A stretch of 64,000 bases of DNA. It comes from an uncultured Chromatiales bacterium. GTDB lineage: Bacteria > Pseudomonadota > Gammaproteobacteria > SZUA-140. The stretch lies in the NCBI GenBank assembly GCA_964581365.1, contig CAZOOF010000002.1, positions 9,826 to 73,825 on the forward strand. The letters run 5' to 3'. Below, piece after piece: positions 1 through 9,731 of the stretch. The position numbers and the translations under genes are program-made. Under the pieces are notes generated by a model. That model was not told the origin of the DNA. It saw only the letters and a list, made by a program, of their open reading frames with translations, and did no database searches. Position 1 is the first letter of the stretch. The number at the start of each line of letters is the position of its first letter.

Positions 1-1
1 C

Positions 2-148
2 GCGGCGGCAAGCCAGGCTCAGGACGATAGCGGCGACGATGCTTTCCCCGAAGGCTCGCAGCTCTGCACCAAGTGCCAGACCAAGGCGATGATCCGCATG
101 GACAACTGCCTGACCTGTCTGAATTGCGGCGAATCCAAGTGCGGCTGA
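2..148 (+). CDS. 3' end of an upstream gene running off the window edge. The Cys-rich tail (…LCTKCQTKAMIRMDNCLTCLNCGESKCG*) resembles the CxxC…CxxC zinc-ribbon C-terminus of ribonucleotide reductases, possibly class II/NrdJ-like.
   Basis: Frame 2 is open from the window edge to TGA at 146-148. Two CxxC pairs sit 14 residues apart. The family assignment is from memory of RNR C-termini and was not verified. Confidence 0.35.
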   Translation, partial: AAASQAQDDSGDDAFPEGSQLCTKCQTKAMIRMDNCLTCLNCGESKCG

Positions 149-245
149 CCCGGCAGCAGCGGGAGGCTCGGATCACCGCACGCAATTCATTGAAATTGGT
201 CGAGCTTTCCGCCGCTATCAGAACATTTTCTTTGCGCCGCGAGCC

Positions 246-262
246 GCTGCTATAATCGGTTC
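246..262 (+). promoter_or_regulatory. Extended -10 promoter (TGcTATAAT at 248-256) upstream of the small ORF. The -35 element is weak.
   Basis: Perfect TATAAT hexamer with a TG at -15/-14, in a locally AT-richer pocket. A GAGG RBS sits about 8 nt before the ATG at 293. Confidence 0.3.
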
Positions 263-292
263 AGTCTCAATCTCGAGAGAGAGGGGCAATAT

Positions 293-526
293 ATGGCAGT
301 CAAGCAGAAGCCGGTAGTTGGTAACTGGTACATGAACGTGGCTGGCCAGTTGATCAAAGTCTGGGCACTCGGATATTCCTCGGGCCTACTGTCCCACGTA
401 GTCCTCGAACACCTCAACGGCAAGCGCAAGATCATCAGTTCCGCCGATTGGTGGTCCCTGGATCTCGAAGCACACCTCTATCGGGCCGCGCGCCGGCGCC
501 GGGACGGTGAGGGCGTTCATCGCTGA
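293..526 (+). CDS. Hypothetical small protein (77 aa).
   Basis: ORF preceded by an extended -10 promoter and a GAGG RBS. Codon usage is protein-like. I recognise no family. Confidence 0.4.
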   Translation: MAVKQKPVVGNWYMNVAGQLIKVWALGYSSGLLSHVVLEHLNGKRKIISSADWWSLDLEAHLYRAARRRRDGEGVHR

Positions 527-532
527 GTCGCC

Positions 533-557
533 TTTCCGGGGCATGATGCCCCGGAAG
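533..557. other. GC-rich hairpin (ccggggc-atgat-gccccgg) between the small ORF and the convergent regA. Possible bidirectional terminator, though no U-run is present.
   Basis: A 7-10 bp inverted repeat read directly from the sequence. It lies between the convergent gene ends at 526 and 609. Confidence 0.3.
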
Positions 558-608
558 CGCGCCAGCGCAAACTGCTCGGCAGACACCCGCGCTCAGGATG
601 GGCCTGTT

Positions 609-1139
609 TCATCGCCTGACCGGCCTCTTCTGCAGCTTCCGCTGCAGGGTGCGACGATGCATACCCAGACGCTGCGCCGTCTGTGAAATATTGCCCCCGC
701 ATTCCATCAGCACCTTCTGAATGTGTTCCCATTCGAGCCGGTTCACGGACATCGGCTGAGGCTCGGTGCTGACACCGGGATCCCCTTCTTTACGATCGAA
801 GGCCGCAATGATGTCGTCGGTCTGCACCGGCTTGGTGAGATAATAGGTTGCTCCCAGCTTCACCGCCTCCACCGCGGTGGCGATACTGGCGTACCCCGTC
901 AGCACCACGATGCGGGCCTGCGGGCGGGCCGCTGCCAGACGTGACACGAGGGTGAGACCGGACGGTCCAGGCAGACAGAGATCGATGACGGCGAAATCAG
1001 GCGGATCTTCGCTGACGAGGGTCCACGCGCTTTCCACGTCTTCCGCCGTCTGAACCTGATAGCCTCTGCGCGTCAATGCCTTGGCGAGCACATCGCGGAA
1101 CACGGCATCATCATCGACCAGCAGCAGTTTCGCTTCCAT
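609..1139 (-). CDS. regA: Response regulator RegA/PrrA/ActR (redox-responsive, Fis-type HTH).
   Basis: N-terminal receiver domain (LLLVDDD…) and C-terminal HTH 'NISQTAQRLGMHRRTLQRKL', which is the hallmark RegA/PrrA helix. An alternative start is M at 1160. The gene overlaps the 3' end of regB. Confidence 0.85.
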   Translation of the reverse strand: MEAKLLLVDDDAVFRDVLAKALTRRGYQVQTAEDVESAWTLVSEDPPDFAVIDLCLPGPSGLTLVSRLAAARPQARIVVLTGYASIATAVEAVKLGATYYLTKPVQTDDIIAAFDRKEGDPGVSTEPQPMSVNRLEWEHIQKVLMECGGNISQTAQRLGMHRRTLQRKLQKRPVRR

Positions 1140-2493
1140 CTCCACCTCCCTCGGGAGCATCCTTGTCCTCGTGCACCAGCAGTTGCGTCAAGGGAAGCGT
1201 CAACCAGGTGCATGCCCCTCCTTCTTCGCGATTGAACAACAGCATCTCCCCACCCAGGCGATCGACCACCGAATAGGCGAGATACAGGCCCAGCCCCAGG
1301 CCTTCGCCCGGAGGCTTGGTAGAGAAAACCCGCTTGCCCGCCGCAGACAGCGCAGCCGGCGCCAGGCCGGTTCCGTGGTCACAGACCTCAAGCGTCAGGC
1401 GCTCCCAGTCCCAGCGTGCCTTGAACTCGATGCGCTCAGGGGAAGCATCCGCGGCATTGTTGAGGATGCTGATGATCGCTTGGCTCAGGGTCTGTTCAGC
1501 CACGATCACCGGTGCAGGCCGGTCTCCCGCGAGATCGACCCGCACCTTGGTCGCTGGCCGCAGAGTGCGCCAACGCTCGATGACATCCCTGAGATAATCG
1601 TCGACGGAAAGGCGGTGACCCGATGCCGCCTGACTCTGGCCGGCAGACAGGGAAAGCATGGCGAGAGTGTGCTTGCAACGACTGACCTGTTCGCGCAGCA
1701 CGCGGAGACGCTCCTGGAGAACCTGGTCGTCCTCATGATCCAGACCGAGCTCCTCGGCGATCAGTGCGATAGTCCCCAGCGGAGTTCCCAGCTCATGGGC
1801 GGCGCCGGCCGCAAGTGCGCCCAGGGCTACGATGCGCTCATCTCGCAGCGCCCGCTGCTTGGTTTCCGACAGCAGGCGATCGCGCTCGCGCAGGGTACTG
1901 CCCATCTTCGCCACGAAGGCTACTATCATGCCTGCGCTCAAGACGAACCCCAGCCACATTCCCGTGACATGGAGCTCGAAGTCATGGACGCCATGGTCAT
2001 GCGCCGGAATCGGCAGTGGCACATAGCGAAACAGCAGGAGGGTGTAACAGGCGATGATCGCAACCGCGATCACCCAGCTGTAGATACCGGGAAGCAGCGC
2101 CGCGGACACGATAAGCGGCAGAAGCAGCAGCAGCGTCAGAGGATTGGTGGATCCGCCGCTGAGATAGAGCAGCAGCCCAAGCATCGCCACATCGAGCAGC
2201 AACTGGAGAACGAAGACGCGGTCTCCGATGTCCTCCCGATCGCGCAGCCAGGCCCAAGAAACCAGGCTGAAAAGGCACCAGAAGGCAAGCAGCGCCGACA
2301 TGGTGACGAACGGCAGCTCGATACCCAGCCGCCAGCCGACGAACAACAAAGCCAGCACCCAGCCGGTCACCGCACCGGCCCTCAGCAACAGCAGCCGCTG
2401 CAGATTCAAGGCAGACAGTGAGCCAAGGGCGGACGCCGGGCGATCACTGACACGATGTGGAAACAAACTTTTTCCCCGATGCGGCGAATTCAT
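1111..2493 (-). CDS. regB: Sensor histidine kinase RegB/PrrB/ActS (membrane redox sensor).
   Basis: 460 aa with multiple N-terminal TM helices. It has the GGxxNPL quinone-binding-type motif (SGGSTNPLTLL), the H-box 'AAHELGTPLGTIALI', and an HATPase C-terminus. It is co-oriented with and overlaps regA. Confidence 0.85.
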   Translation of the reverse strand: MNSPHRGKSLFPHRVSDRPASALGSLSALNLQRLLLLRAGAVTGWVLALLFVGWRLGIELPFVTMSALLAFWCLFSLVSWAWLRDREDIGDRVFVLQLLLDVAMLGLLLYLSGGSTNPLTLLLLLPLIVSAALLPGIYSWVIAVAIIACYTLLLFRYVPLPIPAHDHGVHDFELHVTGMWLGFVLSAGMIVAFVAKMGSTLRERDRLLSETKQRALRDERIVALGALAAGAAHELGTPLGTIALIAEELGLDHEDDQVLQERLRVLREQVSRCKHTLAMLSLSAGQSQAASGHRLSVDDYLRDVIERWRTLRPATKVRVDLAGDRPAPVIVAEQTLSQAIISILNNAADASPERIEFKARWDWERLTLEVCDHGTGLAPAALSAAGKRVFSTKPPGEGLGLGLYLAYSVVDRLGGEMLLFNREEGGACTWLTLPLTQLLVHEDKDAPEGGGDGSETAAGR

Positions 2494-2504
2494 TAATGAT
2501 AATT

Positions 2505-2535
2505 ATTTACATTCAGGGGCCGCGATGGCTATACT
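2505..2535 (+). promoter_or_regulatory. Sigma70-like promoter (TTTACA-N19-TATACT) driving a short + strand transcript.
   Basis: Hexamers read from the sequence. The 19-nt spacer is on the long side. It sits in the regB-rubredoxin intergenic region. Confidence 0.3.
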
Positions 2536-2542
2536 TTGATCA

Positions 2543-2606
2543 TCACGCGTCCCCCTCCCTCCTCAACGCGTGTATCTTGGAGCGCAGCTGCGCTCCTTTT
2601 TTTTTT
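2543..2606 (+). ncRNA. Candidate small RNA of about 65 nt: a 7-bp stem (cACGCGU/ACGCGUg) with a 15-nt loop (CCCCCUCCCUCCUCA), followed by an intrinsic terminator.
   Basis: A promoter upstream and a canonical terminator downstream define a short transcript with no ORF. Both the rubredoxin gene and regB are on the minus strand, so this + strand terminator serves neither. Confidence 0.35.
2579..2606 (+). terminator. Rho-independent terminator: 9-bp perfect palindromic stem GGAGCGCAG/CTGCGCTCC followed by T10.
   Basis: Perfect GC-rich hairpin immediately followed by ten T residues on the + strand only. On the minus strand it is preceded by an A-run, so it is unidirectional. Confidence 0.65.
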
Positions 2607-2649
2607 ATCTTTTTGCGAGTTACTTTGCGAGCCGGCAGCAGATGCCCGA

Positions 2650-2814
2650 TCAGACTTCGATCATCTCGAAGTCATCGCGCGAAGCACCGCACTCCGGACA
2701 GCGCCAGGTCAGCGGCACATCTTCCCAACGGGTACCGGGGGCAATACCGTGCTCAGGCAAACCCGCTGCTTCGTCATAGATGAAGCCGCAGATCACGCAC
2801 ATGTACTTCCTCAT
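2650..2814 (-). CDS. Rubredoxin (54 aa).
   Basis: [15 protein letters not shown]…[17 protein letters not shown] has two CxxCG knuckles and the classic rubredoxin fold signature. An AGGA RBS precedes the ATG. Confidence 0.9.
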   Translation of the reverse strand: MRKYMCVICGFIYDEAAGLPEHGIAPGTRWEDVPLTWRCPECGASRDDFEMIEV

Positions 2815-3013
2815 AGATCCTGTTTCGTCCATAACTGGATGGCGAGGCAGATGCAATGTAACACAGCAACGATGCTAGAATGAACCGCAATCGGGCGCAT
2901 TCGCGTCCACTGCAAGCACTGATCTCCAAGCCGACGACGCCTTGAAACAGCAACGCCAACCCCGCGACTGCCGACCGAATGGCGGCGAATCACCAAACGC
3001 GGTTCCCACCGTC

Positions 3014-3793
3014 ATGGCGATATCCGGACTCGATCCGAGCGGCGGCGCCGGCATTCAGGCCGATATCGAGGCGCTGGCCAGCATGGGCTGTCACACGGCC
3101 CCGCTGGTTACCGCACTGACCGTACAGAACACACGTCAGGCGAGCGGCTATGTCGCCACCGACGCCGCGCTGCTCGAGCGCCAGATGCGCGCAGTCTGCG
3201 CCGACATGACGGTGGCCGCGTGCAAGATCGGCATGATCGGCAGCGCCGCGGTCGCGACGGCGGCGGCACGCGTGCTGACCGAACACACCGACATACCGGT
3301 GGTGCTCGATCCGGTTCTGGCAGCAGGCGGCGGAGGTTCGCTCGCGGACGAAACGACGAGTCGCGCGATATTACGCGAACTGCTGCCGCTGGCCACGGTG
3401 GTGACACCGAATACGGTCGAAGCGCGACAGCTTGCCCCTGCGGCCACCACTCTCGAAGACTGCGCGCTGGCGCTGCTCGATGGCGGAGCCGAGTACGTGC
3501 TCCTCACCGGCAGCCATGAAGAAACCGAACAGGTGGTCAACTCCTTATATGGAGATGGCCGGCTGCTCGAATCCTGGTCCTGGGAACGGCTGCCCGGCGG
3601 CTATCACGGATCCGGCTGCACGCTGGCTGCGGCAATTGCCGGACTTCTCGCCAGCGGATCGCTCCCAGAGGAAGCGATCAGGCAGGCCCAGGAATACACC
3701 TGGGAAAGCCTGCGCCAGGCCTATTCCATCGGCTCCGGTCAGCGGATCCCCAACCGTTTCTTCTGGGCGCACGAGCGGGAAGGACGCCGATGA
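3014..3793 (+). CDS. thiD: Hydroxymethylpyrimidine/phosphomethylpyrimidine kinase ThiD.
   Basis: MAISGLDPSGGAGIQADI…TPN…GSGCTL are ThiD/PdxK-family motifs. The stop overlaps the thiE start (ATGA). Confidence 0.85.
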   Translation: MAISGLDPSGGAGIQADIEALASMGCHTAPLVTALTVQNTRQASGYVATDAALLERQMRAVCADMTVAACKIGMIGSAAVATAAARVLTEHTDIPVVLDPVLAAGGGGSLADETTSRAILRELLPLATVVTPNTVEARQLAPAATTLEDCALALLDGGAEYVLLTGSHEETEQVVNSLYGDGRLLESWSWERLPGGYHGSGCTLAAAIAGLLASGSLPEEAIRQAQEYTWESLRQAYSIGSGQRIPNRFFWAHEREGRR

Positions 3794-4458
3794 ACCGGTA
3801 TGCTATCCGCGGACTTTATGTCATCGCCGATACCGGGGTGATTCCCGACGGCAGACTCACCGAGCATGTGCGCCTGGCCGTCCGCGGCGGAGCTCAGATC
3901 GTTCAGTATCGCAACAAGCGCGCGCGCAGCGATAAGCTGATGCGCGAGCTGCAGGAGCTGCGGGAACTGTGCCGTGCCTGCCAGGTTCCGTTGCTGATCA
4001 ACGATGATGTGGCGCTTGCTCTGACCATCGATGCCGATGGCGTCCATCTCGGCCGCGATGATGGCAGCGTGGCAGCCGCCCGCTCGCTGCTGGGGAAAAC
4101 CAGGCTGATCGGCGCCTCCTGTTATAATGACCTCGCTCTGGCCAACCAGGCGCGTGCAGAAGGGGCGGATTATGTCGCCTTCGGCAGTTTCAATGCCTCA
4201 CCGACCAAACCGGACGCCGTGAAGGCGAGTCCCATGCTGCTGGTCCGGGCGCGCAGGGAGCTCGATCTGCCGATCGTCGCCATCGGCGGCATCACTCCCG
4301 AGAATGGCACCCTGCTGATCGAAGCCGGCGCCGATGCGCTAGCGGTGATCAGCGGTGTTTTTGCTCAACCCGACATCGCGACCGCCGCCGCGCGCTACAG
4401 CCGCCTGTTCGAACCCGCCGCCGATGAGGCGGAACCACTTCAGGAAGATCTGACATGA
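3790..4458 (+). CDS. thiE: Thiamine-phosphate synthase ThiE.
   Basis: 222 aa matching the ThiE TIM-barrel pattern (YVIAD…VQYRNK…INDD…VHLG…IAIGGI). It is translationally coupled to thiD and hemL. Confidence 0.85.
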   Translation: MNRYAIRGLYVIADTGVIPDGRLTEHVRLAVRGGAQIVQYRNKRARSDKLMRELQELRELCRACQVPLLINDDVALALTIDADGVHLGRDDGSVAAARSLLGKTRLIGASCYNDLALANQARAEGADYVAFGSFNASPTKPDAVKASPMLLVRARRELDLPIVAIGGITPENGTLLIEAGADALAVISGVFAQPDIATAAARYSRLFEPAADEAEPLQEDLT

Positions 4459-5735
4459 CGCAATCGCACTCCATGTTCAAGAACGCCCAACGGGTCATCC
4501 CCGGCGGAGTCAACTCACCGGTACGCGCCTTCCACGGCGTCGGCGGTGAGCCGGTATTCATCCGCCGCGGCGCCGGCGCGCAGCTGTTCGATGTCGACGA
4601 CAAGGCTTACGTCGATTACGTCGGATCCTGGGGCGCAGCCGTCCTCGGGCATGCGCATCCGGCCGTAGTGGCGGCAGTAAAGCGCGCGGTGGAGGACGGA
4701 CTCGGCTTCGGCGCGCCGACGGAGATCGAGACCCGCATGGCCGAAACCCTGTGCCGCCTGGTGCCCTCACTGGAGATGGTGCGCATGGTGAATTCGGGCA
4801 CTGAAGCCACCATGAGCGCGATCCGCCTCGCGCGCGCGCATACCGGACGCGACAAAATCCTTAAGTTCGAGGGTTGCTATCACGGTCATGGGGATTCGCT
4901 GCTGGTCAAGGCCGGATCCGGTGCTCTGACCCTGGGCGTGCCGAGTTCACCGGGGGTGCCACTCGCGCTCGCGGAGCACACCATCACCGTTCCGTACAAT
5001 GATCTGGAAAGAGTGGAAGAGGTGTTCGCGCGCATCGGAGGGCAGATCGCGTGCATCATCGTGGAACCGGTCGCGGGCAACATGAACTGCATCCTGCCCA
5101 AGGAAGGCTTCCTCGCCGGCCTGCGCCGGCTGTGCGATCAGTACGAGTCGGTACTGATCTTCGACGAGGTGATGACCGGCTTTCGTGTCGCACTGGGTGG
5201 CGCACAGCAGCGCTTCGGCATCCGCCCTGACCTGACCACGCTCGGCAAGGTAATCGGCGGTGGCATGCCGGTGGGCGCCTTCGGCGGCAAGCGGGAAATC
5301 ATGGAAAAACTGGCGCCGCTCGGCGGCGTGTATCAGGCCGGCACGCTCTCCGGCAACCCGGTGGCGATGGCTGCCGGACTGGCCACGCTGCAGGAAGTGG
5401 AGAAGGGAGACTTCTATCAGGAGCTGGCGGCAACCACCAAGCGCATCGCCGACGGCCTGGTAACGCGCGCGAAGGCGTTCAATGTACCGCTGGTCGTCAA
5501 CCACGTGGGCGGCATGTTCGGGCTGTTCTTCACCGAGCAACAGACCGTGGACAGCTTCAACGCGGTCACCCGTTGTGACCTCGATCGCTTCCGTCTGTTT
5601 TTCCACGGCATGCTGACGCAGGGCGTGTATCTTGCGCCGTCCGCGTATGAAGCCTGCTTCGTCTCTGCGGCGCACGGCCAGGCCGAGATCAAGCAGACCC
5701 TGATCGCGGCAGAGCAGGTCTTCTCGCAGTTGTGA
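4455..5735 (+). CDS. hemL: Glutamate-1-semialdehyde 2,1-aminomutase HemL.
   Basis: 426 aa. N-terminus …[14 protein letters not shown]… and a class-III aminotransferase PLP-lysine region (TLGKVIGGG). Confidence 0.9.
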   Translation: MTQSHSMFKNAQRVIPGGVNSPVRAFHGVGGEPVFIRRGAGAQLFDVDDKAYVDYVGSWGAAVLGHAHPAVVAAVKRAVEDGLGFGAPTEIETRMAETLCRLVPSLEMVRMVNSGTEATMSAIRLARAHTGRDKILKFEGCYHGHGDSLLVKAGSGALTLGVPSSPGVPLALAEHTITVPYNDLERVEEVFARIGGQIACIIVEPVAGNMNCILPKEGFLAGLRRLCDQYESVLIFDEVMTGFRVALGGAQQRFGIRPDLTTLGKVIGGGMPVGAFGGKREIMEKLAPLGGVYQAGTLSGNPVAMAAGLATLQEVEKGDFYQELAATTKRIADGLVTRAKAFNVPLVVNHVGGMFGLFFTEQQTVDSFNAVTRCDLDRFRLFFHGMLTQGVYLAPSAYEACFVSAAHGQAEIKQTLIAAEQVFSQL

Positions 5736-5778
5736 TCGCGCCGTAACACAGATCCCGCGCAGGCAGGCAATCGGGAGT

Positions 5779-6825
5779 TTGGTAATGAAGTACAGCCAGC
5801 TCGGAACCACCGGCGTCCAGGTAAGCCGTATCTGCCTGGGCACGATGACCTTCGGCGAACAGAATACCGAAGCGGAGGCCCATGCCCAGTTCGATGCCGC
5901 GTTCGATGCAGGCATCAACTTCATCGACACGGCGGAAATGTATCCGGTTCCGCCGAAGGCGGAGACCTACGGTGACACCGAGCGCTATATCGGCAGCTGG
6001 CTGCGCCGCAGCGGACGCCGGGATCGCGTGATCCTCGCCACCAAGGTGATGGGGCCTTCCGAAGATCTGCGTTACGTGCGTGACGGATCGACCCGGCTCG
6101 ACCGCCGCAACATCGAAGCCGCGATCGATGCCAGCCTGGAGCGCCTTGGCACCGACTACATCGACCTCTATCAGCTTCACTGGCCGGACCGCCGCAGCAA
6201 CTTCTTCGGCAAGCTGGGTTACGTGCACGATCCGCAGGACGACCCGATCCCGCTGGAGGAAACGCTGGCTGCGCTGGGACGCCTGGTGGAAGCGGGCAAG
6301 GTGCGTTTCATCGGCGTTTCCAATGAAACACCCTGGGGCGTAATGCGCTACCTGCAACTCGCCGCCGAGCGCGGTCTACCGCGCATCGTCAGCATCCAGA
6401 ACCCGTACAATCTGCTCAATCGCAGCTTCGAAGTCGGCCTGGCCGAGATCGCGCACCGCGAATCGGTCGGCCTGCTGGCGTATTCCCCGCTCGGCTTCGG
6501 CGTGCTCAGCGGCAAGTACCTCGATGGCCAGCGTCCCGAGGGCGCGCGCCTGAGCCGCTTCCAGCGTTTCCAACGCTATACCAAGGAAGCCGCGCAGGAT
6601 TCGATCCGCGCCTACGTGGAAGCCGCGCGCAAGCATGGCCTCGATCCCGCGCAAATGGCGCTGGCCTACGTGAATACTCGCTCATTCCTTACCAGCACTA
6701 TCATCGGCGCAACTGATCTGCAGCAGCTCGCCGCCAACATCGCCAGCATCGATGTGGAATTGCCGGAGGAAGTGCTGGCTGAGATCGAAGCCGTTCATCT
6801 GCGCCACCCCAATCCGTGCCCCTGA
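5779..6825 (+). CDS. tas: NADP(H)-dependent aldo/keto reductase (Tas-like).
   Basis: 348 aa. ICLGTMTFG…IDTAEMYP…LYQLHWPD…IGVSNE… are AKR-family motifs. Length and N-terminus resemble E. coli Tas. Confidence 0.8.
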   Translation: MVMKYSQLGTTGVQVSRICLGTMTFGEQNTEAEAHAQFDAAFDAGINFIDTAEMYPVPPKAETYGDTERYIGSWLRRSGRRDRVILATKVMGPSEDLRYVRDGSTRLDRRNIEAAIDASLERLGTDYIDLYQLHWPDRRSNFFGKLGYVHDPQDDPIPLEETLAALGRLVEAGKVRFIGVSNETPWGVMRYLQLAAERGLPRIVSIQNPYNLLNRSFEVGLAEIAHRESVGLLAYSPLGFGVLSGKYLDGQRPEGARLSRFQRFQRYTKEAAQDSIRAYVEAARKHGLDPAQMALAYVNTRSFLTSTIIGATDLQQLAANIASIDVELPEEVLAEIEAVHLRHPNPCP

Positions 6826-9731
6826 ACACAGTCATCGCCCGCCGTCGCTGGCTGGCATGCGGGCTGGCGGCGGCGATCACCGGCGCGACCCAGGCCGCCA
6901 CCCTGCCTGAGGGGCGGGGCGGCACCGTCCAACTGCCGGTCACGACGGACCTTGTCGATCCTTGGCTGCGACCGGCGAGTCCGCGCCTGCTGTTTTCGCA
7001 CGAGCTCGAAGCAGCGGGACACGATCTGGCCCAGGCAGACAGCGCGCTTCTGATCGCAACAGAAGACAGCGTGCTGATACTGGATAGCAGCACTGTCCCG
7101 CCCCGAGTCATAGATCGCCTGACTCTCCCGGAATCCGTGCTCGAGATCGCGGCGGAAGGCAACACCGCCTGGCTGCTGACCCGGTCTCGCCTGTACACCC
7201 TGGATATCCGCGATCCCACCCGCGCGCTGTTGCGCAGCAGCCTGGCGCTGAACGCACCGGCGCGCAGCTTCACGGTCGCCAATGGCCGCGGCTACCTGCT
7301 TTCCCCCCGCAGCCTGCATGTACTCGAACTGACACCGTCCGGGCCTGCCCGGTTTATTCTCGAGCACGCGTTCGATTTCGAGCCCGGCGCCATCGCAAGG
7401 GATGGCCGGGCAACCTATGTCGCCGCCGGCGAGCGCGGTCTGCTGGTCATCGATGACAGTGGCCAGGTGGAAGGCTTCTCCGGCACCGGCCCGGTGCTCG
7501 ACGTCGCTATCGGTGATGACGGCCGCATCTATCTGGCGCAGGGTGAGCATGGGCTGACCGTGCTTGATCGCGGCGATCAGGATGAGCTGCGCTGGCGGGG
7601 CAGCCTGCGCGGCACGGGCGCGGTGGACGCGATCAGCCTCACCGGCTCCCGTGCGGTGATCCGCGATGGGGATGCACTCTATCTGCTCGAGGCGGAGAAT
7701 CCGGCGGCAACCGAACGCAGCGCTCTGCTGTGGCGTGCCGACGATTGTTGCGCTGCCTGGATGGCGCGGGAGAATCGTATTCTGACTGTCGCCGGCGATC
7801 GCTTCATCGGTATCGATCCACGCCGGGTGCCTCGGACCGGTAACGAAGGACTGGCGTTCGGTCAGGGCGTTAACTTCGGCGGCCAGCGCCGCATTTTTAT
7901 CGAAGGCGATACGGCCTACGTCGCCGACTGGTTCGCCGGCATGCACATATACGATCTGAGCGAACCGCGGCGCCCCGCATTGCTCGCCAGTGTACGCAGT
8001 GATGGTTCGCCCAAAGGCGTGGTCGTTCGCGACGGTATCGCTTTCGTCGCCGATGATGATCATGGTCTGCTGGTGGTGGATGTCGTCGACCCGAGCAAAC
8101 CGAGGGCGCTCGGCCGGCTGCCGCTGCCGGGTCTCGCCTACACTCCGGTACTGGACGGCGACCTGCTCTACCTGGCAGCCCATCACGGCGGCGTGATGAT
8201 CATCGACGTCAGTAATCCACGTCTGCCATCCCTGCTGACTCATCTCGACACACCCGGCAAGGCCTGGTCGTTGCGTGTGCGCGACGGCATTGCCTGGGTC
8301 GCGGACGATGACGCCGGCCTCGCGATCATCGACGTGAGCAATCCGCGCGCACCACAGGAGATCACCCGCTATCGTCCCGGCGGGCGCGTGGAAGAGGTCC
8401 TGCTCGATGGCGACGTCGCTTATCTCGCGCTCTATGACGATGGCGTGCATGTGCTGGATATCGCGGATCCTGCCTCGCCTCGACTCCTGACGCGAATACC
8501 GACTCCCGGCAACGCGCGCGGGCTGGCGCTGCGCGATCGGCTGCTGCATGTGGCCGACTGGATGGCGGGGATCCAGGTATTCGATGTCTCGGATCCGGCG
8601 CGGCCGCGTCATCTCGGTTCGCGTGACACCGACGGCGCGGCCTGGGGACTGGCCTTGCGCGAAGACACGGTGGTGGTCGCCGACTGGTGGGGCGGCTTAC
8701 TGCTGCTCGAAACCGGAACCTCGGCCCAGACCCTCGCCGTCTATCCGCGGCGCGAACGCATCCGGTCGATAGCGATCCGCGGCAGTTTCGCCTTCGTTTC
8801 TCAGGGCGATGCTGGCCTGCAGGTGTTCGATATCCGCAATCCGCTCAATCCGACCTGGGTGACCGGCATCGACCTGGCGGACGCGGATGCAGTCGCGCTC
8901 GAACAGCATCGAGCCTGGGTGCTGCACTCAGGAGGCAGACGGGTCGCTGCCGTCGATATCAGTGAACCTTTCCAGGCGCGCGTTGAGAAGCACCTCGAAG
9001 CGCCGCTGCAGGCAAGCATGCTGCGCGCCCTGGACGGCGCCATTCTGCTTGCGGGAGACGGAGACGTTGCGCTGATCGATACGCATTCGGGCGCGGTGAG
9101 GCAGGTATCGCCCCGGATTACCGACGCCACATCGGCGGCCGGTATCGCGCTGATCGCCGATACCGATGGGAACATCTGCGAACTGCATGACGATGTGAGT
9201 GAAGGTCGGGTGCTGGCATCGATCGACAGCCCCATCGTCCGCCTGCTCGCAAATGATGAGCGGGTGATCGCCCAGACCACCGATGAGAAGCTGCATGTAT
9301 TCGCCTGGCACACGGGCGGAGCACTGCGCAAATTGGCAGAAATCCCGGTGCCAGGCGGAATCAACGCGCTTGCGATCGACGGCACCCGCATCCACCTCGC
9401 CCGCGGGCGCAGTGTGCAGACAATCGAATCAGGCGTCGATCGCTGGCGCCTCGCCGCAGCCTACGAAACGATGGCGCCGGTCACTTATCTCGCTCCCGGA
9501 GAGGAAGCCATCTATCTCGCCGGCACCCAGGTGCTGCGGGCGCTGTCACGTCTGCCGGAAGCCCGGGCCGAAAGCAGGGGCCCGGACGGGCTGCTGCTCC
9601 ATGTCCCTGCCGGCCTGCCTCCCGGCGCCTATGATCTGCTACCCGGCCAGCCTCTGGGCGCCGCCGCGCTGATCGAGGACGCGATCCACATCGAGCCGCT
9701 CCGCTTCGGCCGCGGCCCGCGGAATCAGTAG
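6816..9731 (+). CDS. Large secreted LVIVD-repeat (beta-propeller) protein, 971 aa, with a possible Tat signal peptide (ARRRWLACGLAAAITGATQAA).
   Basis: At least eight repeats of the form hydrophobic-x-[IV]-[IVF]-D-[VI]-S-[ND]-P-x-x-P (LVIVD-type). The start overlaps the tas stop. Confidence 0.75.
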   Translation: MPLNTVIARRRWLACGLAAAITGATQAATLPEGRGGTVQLPVTTDLVDPWLRPASPRLLFSHELEAAGHDLAQADSALLIATEDSVLILDSSTVPPRVIDRLTLPESVLEIAAEGNTAWLLTRSRLYTLDIRDPTRALLRSSLALNAPARSFTVANGRGYLLSPRSLHVLELTPSGPARFILEHAFDFEPGAIARDGRATYVAAGERGLLVIDDSGQVEGFSGTGPVLDVAIGDDGRIYLAQGEHGLTVLDRGDQDELRWRGSLRGTGAVDAISLTGSRAVIRDGDALYLLEAENPAATERSALLWRADDCCAAWMARENRILTVAGDRFIGIDPRRVPRTGNEGLAFGQGVNFGGQRRIFIEGDTAYVADWFAGMHIYDLSEPRRPALLASVRSDGSPKGVVVRDGIAFVADDDHGLLVVDVVDPSKPRALGRLPLPGLAYTPVLDGDLLYLAAHHGGVMIIDVSNPRLPSLLTHLDTPGKAWSLRVRDGIAWVADDDAGLAIIDVSNPRAPQEITRYRPGGRVEEVLLDGDVAYLALYDDGVHVLDIADPASPRLLTRIPTPGNARGLALRDRLLHVADWMAGIQVFDVSDPARPRHLGSRDTDGAAWGLALREDTVVVADWWGGLLLLETGTSAQTLAVYPRRERIRSIAIRGSFAFVSQGDAGLQVFDIRNPLNPTWVTGIDLADADAVALEQHRAWVLHSGGRRVAAVDISEPFQARVEKHLEAPLQASMLRALDGAILLAGDGDVALIDTHSGAVRQVSPRITDATSAAGIALIADTDGNICELHDDVSEGRVLASIDSPIVRLLANDERVIAQTTDEKLHVFAWHTGGALRKLAEIPVPGGINALAIDGTRIHLARGRSVQTIESGVDRWRLAAAYETMAPVTYLAPGEEAIYLAGTQVLRALSRLPEARAESRGPDGLLLHVPAGLPPGAYDLLPGQPLGAAALIEDAIHIEPLRFGRGPRNQ

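Noticed and set aside
1081-2421. 446-aa + strand ORF (plus several shorter ones) antisense to regB
   Set aside because: Translation is low-complexity and R/Q/A-rich with no recognisable domains. It fully overlaps a strongly supported histidine-kinase gene on the other strand, so it is a typical high-GC shadow ORF.
2857-3013. Possible TPP riboswitch (thi-box) upstream of thiD
   Set aside because: No CUGAGA / GGGGUGCC thi-box elements were found in the leader.
4947-5930. 327-aa minus-strand ORF antisense to hemL
   Set aside because: hemL is unambiguous on the + strand. The antisense translation has no motifs.
6795-8612. 605-aa minus-strand ORF antisense to the LVIVD-repeat gene
   Set aside because: Arg/Ala/Gly-rich and repeat-poor. 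It overlaps a gene with clear repeat structure and a signal peptide, so it is a shadow ORF.
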